Shown here piece after piece: positions 55,271-64,000 of a stretch of 64,000 bases of DNA. Positions within the stretch are counted from its first letter, which is position 1; each line of letters begins with the position of its first letter. The notes below the pieces were generated by a model. The model saw nothing but the letters and a program-made list of their open reading frames with translations. It made no database searches and was not told the DNA's origin. The stretch is from Macrostomum lignano (taxonomy: Eukaryota), in the NCBI GenBank assembly GCA_002269645.1, contig NIVC01002296.1, positions 122,051 through 186,050 on the forward strand. Direction: 5' to 3'. The position numbers and the translations under genes are program-made.

Positions 55271-55849
55271 ACTTACTCTACTTCCAGCTACTCTTCTCAG
55301 GCGCTGCCTGCCGCCCGCAGTCGCAGCGGTGGACAGCAGCAGGGTGCTGTGTGCCAGCATAGCTCAAAGCTCAAATTGATGCAGCTGAGCAGCTCAGTCT
55401 CTATACAGTGTCAGCTAAAGCACCGCCTCTGCTGCCCCGTTTATTTAAGCAGGTCCAGCGCAGACCCGAGGATTGCATTTTGGATTCTCAAAGAGCAACA
55501 ATGCGGAGTGAAGAGCAGTTTTGAGCACTGGCGAGGTGGGGAGGGGGCAAAGCTGAGCAAAGAGCTCATTTGAAACGCACACCAGGCAGTTGCTGGGTGG
55601 GTATTTTTTATGCAGCAGAGCTGGCCAATTCTATTCTAAAGCTCCACTTTTACGCGACAAAAAATTGCACTAATTTTGCTAAAAGCTTTTCTTGCGCATG
55701 CGTTTATTAACCTGTGGCTCTGTGTTATTCGGAGACATTGCTACCTGTTAGTGCTTGAAACCTACGGTGGGGTACAGGCTTTTCTGCCTACTTGTACTGT
55801 GGCTGCCAGAGGAGCAGACTGACACATGATTGTCTTTTAGATAGATACA

Positions 55850-56120
55850 CTGCTCTACCTGATTGTTAGACAAACACATCACCCTGTTATGCATAGACAT
55901 TTCCCTGTTAGACGGAGATACATGTACGCCTCCCGTTAGACACTGCACCCTGCTAGACATGCCAACCCTGTTAGACACAGCGCCTGTTAGACACGCCAAC
56001 CCTGTTAGACAATCACATCCCCCTGTTAGACACGCCAACCTTGTTAGACAGAGCACCCTGTTAGACACAGCGCCTGTTAGACACGCCAACCCTGCTAGAC
56101 ACGGTATCCTGTTAGGCACG
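55850..56120. repeat. Degenerate ~20-bp repeat (CCTGTTAGACA...)
   Basis: Direct reading. Confidence 0.8.
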
Positions 56121-56939
56121 CCACCAAAACTCATCCAAAGCAGTCTCACGGGCAGCAGGCGGCTCACGCCTATAAAAGGCCGCAGCTCGTCATCCGTCAT
56201 GCTCATCAGATTTCGCTGGCGCCATCGCGTCCGCCTGAAGTCCAGCATTGCGTGGCTCTGCAGGCCGCTGCTGGGCCGGCGCCGCCACCGGCAGGCAGCA
56301 GCTGGGAGGGCGGCCGGCCGAATCTGGGGATCTCCAACTCCTGGCGCCTGCTGCTGACAGCGGCTCAGATCCCGGCAGTTCAGAATTCAATCACAGTTAA
56401 GGCGACGCCCATTGAGCAGACGGGATTACCAGTGGCTTCCTAAGGGAATAGTTCACTCCCTAATACGCTGCGGGAGTCGCACAGTCTGGCATATTGGGGC
56501 CACCGCTCCGCTACTCCTTTCCAAAGGCTGCCAACCCCAGAACACTCAGCAGCTCCCCCCCCCCCCCCCGGGAGGCAGTCATGCCAGTCAGAGTGAGAGC
56601 GGAGAGGATCGAAAATCGATAATTTTTAAATGGGAGAGGCCGACTGGCGAGACCTACCTTGCAGTCTGAGATTTCCCATACTGTAGGAGCAAATCGCCTT
56701 TTGCCCGACCTGTTGAGGCAGCCACGAGCGTACAAAGACGAAAATCCACTGCTTAACATTGCATTGTGATGCACCCCAATCCACTCTTACAAGCTGGTGA
56801 AATTACTGTAAAAATTTATTAGCCTCCAGAAACTGTGTAATGAAAAATTAGTAGTTGATTAGCAGACCAGCTCAAACTGACTTTTGTCCACTGACTGACA
56901 CAATGTGTGTCAGTGTGTGCAGGCTGACAATTCAGGAAC

Positions 56940-57665
56940 ACCTGCTGCACACACTGGCACTCACTCCTGCACACACTGGCACTCACTCCTGCACACAGTG
57001 GCACCCACTCCTGCACACACTGGCACCCACTCCTGCACACACTGGCACTCACTCCTGCACACACTGGTACCCAATCCTGCACACACTGGCACTCACTCCT
57101 GCACACACTGGCACTCACTCCTGCACACACTGGCACCTAATCCTGCACACACTGGCACTCACTCCTGCACACACTGGCACTCACTCCTGCACACACTGGC
57201 ACTCACTCCTGCACACACTGGCACCCACTCCTGCACACAGTGGAAATCACTCCTGCACACAGTGGAAATCACTCCTGCACACACTGGCACCCACTCCTGC
57301 ACACACTGGCACCCATCCTGCACACACTGGCACCCACTCCTGCACACAGTGGAAATCACTCCTGCACACAGTGGAAATCACTCCTGCACACACTGGCACC
57401 CACTCCTGCACACACTGGCACCCACTCCTGCACACACTGGCACCCACTCCTGCACACAGTGGAAATCACTCCTGCACACAGTGGAAATCACTCCTGCACA
57501 CACTGGCACCCACTCCTGCACACACTGGCACCCACTCCTGCACACACTGGCACCCACTCCTGCACACAGTGGAAATCACTCCTGCACACACTGGCACCCA
57601 CTCCTACACACACTGGCACCCACTCCTGCACACAGTGGAAATCACTCCTGCACACACTGGCACTC
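56940..57665. repeat. 22-bp minisatellite (CTCCTGCACACACTGGCACCCA)
   Basis: Direct reading. Confidence 0.93.
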
Positions 57666-57961
57666 ACTCAAGTCAGCAAATCAGGTGGTGAAATAAGCCG
57701 CACGAACTTCAGTTGCAGTAATTAGAAAATCTGCCTCCGCGCAGGCTGCCAAGAAACTGATAAATAAATGAATTTATTTGTAATACAAAGCATTTTCAAT
57801 TCGCTCACATACTACTGATATGCGCGCGTGCGATTCTAAAAATTATAATCTTTTATTAATCGACTTTGAACAGGTAAAAATGGCAGTTTAATTGGTGTAA
57901 AACTGAATTCACAGACTAAGACTGGTGACGCTAAAATGATTGAGTTAAAAATGTTGTCACC

Positions 57962-58592
57962 GAGCAATCACACAGTACTGGGAGCTGAGAGTCCCACCCG
58001 GGCTCAATGCCGACAATCTCACAGTACTGGGCTGAGAGTCCCACCCGGGCTCAATGCCGACAATCTCACAGTACTGGGAGCTGAGAGTCTCACCCGGGCT
58101 CAATGCCGACAATCTCACAGTACTGGGAGCTGAGAGTCCCGCCCGGGCTCAATGCCGACAATCTCACAGTACTGGGAGCTGAGAGTCTCACCCGGGCTCA
58201 ATGCCGACAATCTCACAGTACTGGAGCTGAGAGTCTCACCCGGGCTCAATGCCGACAATCTCACAGTACTGGGAGCTGAGAGTCTCACCCGGGCTCAATG
58301 CCGACAATCTCACAGTACTGGGAGCTGAGAGTCTCACCCGGGCTCAATGCCGACAATCTCACAGTACTGGGAGCTGAGAGTCTCACCCGGGCTCAATGCC
58401 GACAGTCTCACAGTACTGGAGCTGAGAGTCTCACCCGGGCTCAATGCCGACAATCTCACAGTACTGGGAGCTGAGAGTCTCACCCGGGCTCAATGCCGAC
58501 AATCTCACAGTACTGGGACTGAGAGTCTCACCTGGGCTCAATGCGACAGTCTCACAGTACTGGGAGCTGAGAGTCTCACCCGGGCTCAATGC
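57962..58592. repeat. 49-bp minisatellite, ~13 copies
   Basis: Unit GAGAGTCTCACCCGGGCTCAATGCCGACAATCTCACAGTACTGGGAGCT. Confidence 0.94.
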
Positions 58593-58954
58593 CGACTATA
58601 ATTCCGATAATAATGAGCACAAGGATAAAAACTGGAAGCAAAATTAGTTACAAACACAAAAGTGATAAAAAACCGCGCAATTGGAATCTGGAGACATCAA
58701 GTTCGTTATGCAATACAGCGGCAGGCAACGCCCAGCTTGAACTGGTGTCTGCAGCTGCAGAGCCAAGAGGCTCTCATTTTGGTCCGATGCGGACGGCTAA
58801 AGTACATTTATGCAGTTGTCAAATACTTTGAACTCTGTGTAAGCCATGTCTGTCTCCGCGTACGGATTCATGTCTGAGGAATGGCCAGGGGATCGAGTAG
58901 GGGGAACGCTGATTTTAACCCACTCTGAGTAGTCTCCGAATCTACCCTAAGCAG

Positions 58955-59170
58955 GCCAGAATCTACCCTAAGTAGTCCCAGAATCTACCCTAAGTAGTCC
59001 CAGAATCTACCCTAAGTAGTCCAGAATCTACCCTAGGTAGTCCCAGAATCTACCCCAAGTAGTCCAAGAATCTACCCTAATAGTCCCAGAATCTACCCCA
59101 AGTAGTCCCAGAATCTACCCTAAATAGTCCCAGAATCTACCCAAGTAGTTTCAAAATCTACCCTGAGTAG
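58955..59170. repeat. ~22-bp minisatellite (CCCAGAATCTACCCTAAGTAGT)
   Basis: Direct reading. Confidence 0.9.
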
Positions 59171-59469
59171 TCCTCAAAGCCTACCACAAATGCGTGACTA
59201 CTAGGCGCCGATACTATGATTGAGAGGCCTCCAATATGAAATTTTGGCAGGCCAGAATCTTCCCACTCGACCCTCAGACCATCGCATGGCGGAAGCTACA
59301 GTAGATAAAAATAACAAAAACGGCAGAAATTTGCAAAGCAAAGCAAAAGCTGCAGTCGCAGAGCTGCAGCGGAAGCAGCGGGGCAGTGAGTTACAATATT
59401 GGGGTTTTGTCTCCAATAAAGTAAGCGGCCTTTAGTTTCAGCGAGGTAAAATAGCTGAGCTTGCGGGCC

Positions 59470-59710
59470 GATCCTCTGCCAATATTCATGAAACTACCAG
59501 CCAATCTGCCAATACTCATGAAACTGCTAGCCAATCTGCCAATACTCATGAAACTGCTAGCCAATCTGCCAATACTCAAAACTACCTGCCAATCTGCCAA
59601 TACTCAAAACTACCTGCCAATCTGCCAATACTCAAAACTACCTGCCAATCTGCCAATACTCAAAACTGCCAGCCAATCTGTCAATACTGATGAAACTAAT
59701 AGCCAATCTG
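59470..59710. repeat. ~28-bp minisatellite (CCAATCTGCCAATACTCAAAACTACCTG)
   Basis: Direct reading. Confidence 0.88.
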
Positions 59711-59896
59711 CAGCATTTTATCAAATTCTACCCCAGTACACGCTGGAGTCCCAAACTTGCCTACTTGAAGTAGGCGAATGCGAACCAAAAAATGAAAAAG
59801 GAAAATTCTGAGTTTCGCCAAAAAACAGCAGACCGAAGCGCCTGTGACGCGCGCCCTCTACGGCGGCGCTACGCGAGCGGCGCATGCAAATGCTGA

Positions 59897-62800
59897 TCAG
59901 CCCGGCTTTTGCCAGCCGCCGCGCTGCTGCTGCTGCTCTTGCGCCTTCTTCCCAGCCCTGCGTCGCCGCCTGAAGAAGCAGCACTTCGCCTCGCCGCTGC
60001 CCACCTCGTCGGCCTCCTGATCGCCTCCGGCGTCGGCGCCGGCCGCCGCGATTGGCTGGCGCGGACGTCTGGCCGGCGCCTGCCGCGTCTCCGCCGCCCA
60101 CCTGGTCGAAGGCCATGGAACTGATCACCTGGGGGCGGAAGGGGTCACGCGATTGAATTGAATGGCCTTTTAGGATCGTGAGATAGCAACTCAGTTGTAG
60201 CTATGGGAGCGGGCAACCAGCAGCCACTGGACAATCAATAGGATGGGGGGAAATAGCGGCGGATCTGACCGGCTGGCCCGGCAACTGAGGATCTGGGAGG
60301 CTGGCATAGTAACTGAGGATCTGGGAGGCTGGCATAGCAACTGAGGATCTGGGAGGCTGACATAGCAACTGAGGATCTGGGAGGCTGACATAGCAACTGA
60401 GGATCTGGGAGGCTGGCATAGTAACTGAGGATCTGGAGGCTGGCCCGGCAACTGAGGATCTGGGAGGCTGGCCCGGCAACTGAGGATCTGGGAGGCTGGC
60501 CCGGCAACTGAGGATCTGGGAGCTGGCCCGGCAACTGAGGATCTGGGAGGCTGGCCCGGCAACTGAGGATCTGGGAGGCTGGTCTGGCAACTGAGGATCT
60601 GGGAGGCTGGTCCAGCAAGTCCAAACATCAGTCAGAACCAAACCGAAACAAAAAAGCTTATAATAAACAGGAACTCTGTGGAATCAATAAAAGCAATCAC
60701 GCGCACGGAGGCGACTGGCCGCTCAGCAGAGAGGCTGCCGCAGGTTCTTTTGTTTAAATTGTTTCTATTGGCAACGCACTCGGCGGTGAGTCCGGCCGCC
60801 TGGTTATTGAGGCTGGTCAGCTGATGGTTGAGCAGAGGGCGTGTGCTCAATCAGAGTAGCTGCATAACATTGCTTAGGCAACCGAATAATCAATCGAAAA
60901 GAATTTAAAAGCAATTAAATGCGCATTACTCTACTGAAATTAGTCATCAGTAGCTCATAGCGGACATGCTAGTCTAAATCTACTAAGTAGGCAGCTTTAC
61001 TCCATCAGAGTACCATCCTGTCCGTTTCGGCGCTGCATTCGAAAGCTCGATTGTGATCAACCTCCCGCTGGTAGCGAGTGGTTCGATCGCGGAACCGGTG
61101 CGGGGTCTCGGGCTGCTGCTTGCGGCAATGGGGACGGGGGCTCAGGTAAATGCTGCGCCGCTGACAGCCTCTTGCGGCTTTGTATGAGCTGAGTTCAGGG
61201 TGAACTTAGAGGTGAATTCTCCAGAGATCAGGGTGAATTTAGAGGTGAATTCTCCGGAGATCAGAGTGAATTTAGAGGTGAATTCTCCGGAGATCAGAGT
61301 GAATTTAGAGGTGAATTCTCCGGAGATCAGAGTGAGAATTTAGAGGTGAATTCTCCGGAGATCAGAGTGAGAATTTAGAGGTGAATTCTCCGGAAATCAG
61401 AGTGAATTTAGAGTGAATTCTCCAGAGATCAGGGTGAATTTAGAGGTGAATTCTCCAGAGATCAGGGTGAATTTAGAGGTGAATTCTCCGGAGATCAGAG
61501 TGAATTTAGAGGTGAATTCTCCGGAGATCAGAGTGAATTTAGAGGTGAATTCTCCGGAGATCAGAGTGAGAATTTAGAGGTGAATTCTCCGGAGATCAGA
61601 GTGAGAATTTAGAGGTGAATTCTCCGGAAATCAGAGTGAATTTAGAGGTGAATTCTCCAGAGATCAGGGTGAATTTAGAGGTGAATTCTCCGGAAATCAG
61701 AGTGAATTTAGAGGTGAATTCTCCGGAGATCAGAGTGAGAATTTAGAGGTGAATTCTCCAGAGATCAGAGTGAATTTAGAGGTGAATTCTCCGGAGATCA
61801 GAGTGAATTTAGAGGTGAATTCTCCAGAGATCAGGGTGAATTTAGAGGTGAATTCTCCAGAGATCAGGGTGAATTTAGAGGTGAATTCTCTGGAGATCAG
61901 AGTGAGAATTTAGAGGTGAATTCTCCGGAGATCAGAGTGAGAATTTAGAGGTGAATTCTCCGGAGATCAGAGTGAATTTAGAGGTGAATTCTCCGGAGAT
62001 CAGGGTGAATTTAGAGGTGAATTCTCCAGAGATCAGGGTGAGAATTTAGAGGTGAATTCTCCGGAGATCAGAGTGAGAATTTAGAGGTGAATTCTCCGGA
62101 GATCAGAGTGAGAATTTAGAGGTGAATTCTCCAGAGATCAGGGTGAGAATTTAGAGGTGAATTCTCCGGAGATCAGAGTGAGAATTTAGAGGTGAATTCT
62201 CCGGAGATCAGAGTGAGAATTTAGAGGTGAATTCTCCAGAGATCAGGGTGAGAATTTAGAGGTGAATTCTCCGGAAATCAGAGTGAATTTAGAGGTGAAT
62301 TCTCCAGAGATCAGGGTGAATTTAGAGGTGAATTCTCCGGAGATCAGAGTGAGAATTTAGAGGTGAATTCTCCAGAGATCAGGGTGAATTTAGAGGTGAA
62401 TTCTCCAGAGATCAGGGTGAATTTAGAGGTGAATTCTCCAGAGATCAGGGTGAATTTAGAGGTGAATTCTCCGGAGATCAGAGTGAGAATTTAGAGGTGA
62501 ATTCTCCAGAGATCAGGGTGAATTTAGAGGTGAATTCTCCAGAGATCAGGGTGAATTTAGAGGTGAATTCTCCAGAGATCAGGGTGAATTTAGAGGTGAA
62601 TTCTCCAGAGATCAGGGTGAATTTAGAGGTGAATTCTCCAGAGATCAGGGTGAATTTAGAGGTGAATTCTCCAGAGATCAGAGTGAATTTAGAGGTGAAT
62701 TCTCCAGAGATCAGGGTGAATTTAGAGGTGAATTCTCCAGAGATCAGGGTGAATTTAGAGGTGAATTCTCCAGAGATCAGGGTGAATTTAGAGGTGAATT

Positions 62801-64000
62801 CTCCAGAGATCAGAGTGAATTTAGAGGTGAATTCTCAGAGATCAGAGTGAATTTAGAGGTGAATTCTCCAGAGATCAGAGTGAATTTAGAGGTGAATTCT
62901 CCAGAGATCAGGGTGAATTTAGAGGTGAATTCTCCAGAGATCAGGGTGAATTTAGAGGTGAATTCTCCAGAGATCAGAGTGAATTTAGAGGTGAATTCTC
63001 CAGAGATCAGGGTGAATTTAGAGGTGAATTCTCCGGAGATCAGAGTGAATTTAGAGGTGAATTCTCCAGAGATCAGGGTGAATTTAGAGGTGAATTCTCC
63101 GGAAATCAGAGTGAATTTAGAGGTGAATTCTCCAGAGATCAGGGTGAATTTAGAGGTGAATTCTCCAGAGATCAGGGTGAATTTAGAGGTGAATTCTCCA
63201 GAGATCAGGGTGAATTTAGAGGTGAATTCTCCAGAGATCAGGGTGAATTTAGAGGTGAATTCTCCAGAGATCAGGGTGAATTTAGAGGTGAATTCTCCAG
63301 AGATCAGGGTGAATTTAGAGGTGAACTTTTCGGAGATCAGGGTGAATTTAGAGGTGAATTCTCCAGAGATCAGAGTGAATTTAGAGGTGAATTCTCAGAG
63401 ATCAGAGTGAATCTCCGGAAGGCTGGAATGCAGGGGCGGAAAGCTGGAATGCCAGGGGGCGGAAGGCTGGAATGCCAGGGTGGAAAGCTGGAATGCCAGG
63501 GCGCGAAAGCTGGAATAATGAGTACTCTGCTGGGCAGCTTACTTTCTGAGTGGACGGCCCGTGCCGGGCTTTCGCATCAGCATCCGCGCCGCCGCTGACT
63601 GGGGTGCCCTGCGGGGACCGAAAACAGAACAATATAAATATAAATAGGATAAAATTTCTAAATTTCTACTTATAAAAGTAGCTTAAATAAACACTAATCA
63701 TTTCTAAAGAAAACGATTTCTGAAGTTTAGAAGTCCGTAAAGCGCATCAATCATCAGATTTTCCGCATCGCCAATTTAGACTCTCTCTCTCTCGCCCATA
63801 AAGCATTCTCCTATAGGCATGCTCGCTTATCTCCCTCGCAAGGCACAAGCCGTCTCAAACATATAAAGGTCGTAGCTATGAGAGCTCATCGACTCATGGG
63901 CTTACGGTCTGCTCCTGCCGGGACAGCCAGTCGAAGTCCAGTCGCAGGACCAGCCGTTCTTGCCATCAGTTCAGTGAACAGCGAGCGCAGGAAGGCGTAG
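59897..64000 (-). CDS. CSNK1G: Casein kinase I gamma (gilgamesh-like), 3' part running off the window; exons >64000-63906, 63608-63543, 60128-59897 (extra exons possible); contains frameshifts
   Basis: With two 1-nt gaps restored, the exon reads YAFLRSLFTELMA(K)NGWSCDW(D)FDW, colinear with CK1-gamma YxYLRxLFTDLFxxKGYxFDYxYDW. Last exon starts VISS and ends EAKCCFFRRRRR, the CK1-gamma palmitoylation tail. Confidence 0.78.
60275..60612. repeat. 28-bp minisatellite (GCTGGCCCGGCAACTGAGGATCTGGGAG), intronic
   Basis: Direct reading. Confidence 0.93.
61200..63412. repeat. 33/35-bp minisatellite (GTGAATTTAGAGGTGAATTCTCCAGAGATCAGG), ~65 copies, intronic in CSNK1G
   Basis: Direct reading; source of the VNLEVNSPEIR ORFs. 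Confidence 0.96.

Noticed and set aside
60700-61190. Additional CSNK1G exons (LIQSRKRLSAAQHL...; LTSLNNQAAGL...)
   Set aside because: Acceptors are plausible, but I found no convincing donors or CK1-gamma similarity; needs RNA-seq.
62497-63410. VNLEVNSPEIR repeat proteins
   Set aside because: 33-bp intronic minisatellite, antisense to CSNK1G.

Overview
Eukaryotic animal genomic DNA with spliced genes, GC-rich exons and GT-AG introns. About 35 different minisatellite arrays cover roughly a third of the window by my estimate. This architecture resembles the flatworm Macrostomum lignano (inference, not verified). Genes reconstructed by hand from splice sites and reading phase: ornithine aminotransferase (+, 5'-partial); two intact copies of a secreted WSC + PAN/apple-like gene (-) plus an inverted, LTR-disrupted third fragment; a complete 16-exon PDIA5/PDIR (-) with a 13-nt microexon; a ~2360-aa hillarin/KY-family transglutaminase-like gene (+) with a 5.1-kb first coding exon; an unknown coiled-coil gene (-); and the 3' end of casein kinase I gamma (-), which has frameshifts. 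Mobile DNA: an RTE LINE fragment, a CORE-type tRNA SINE, a hAT-type MITE, a solo LTR and a hairpin element. The best candidate for an undescribed system is a ~4.3-kb element (10792-15655, excluding a nested LINE). It has ~850-bp terminal inverted repeats ending in iteron-like arrays and three co-oriented ORFs, one with a tandem PC4-like ssDNA-binding fold, but no transposase, integrase or polymerase. A second theme is minisatellites that contain or amplify splice-site motifs, most clearly a 27-bp array that multiplies an in-frame 5' splice donor. Most ORFs in the supplied track are translations of repeats. Coordinates and copy numbers were read by eye; family assignments are from motif recall, not database searches.
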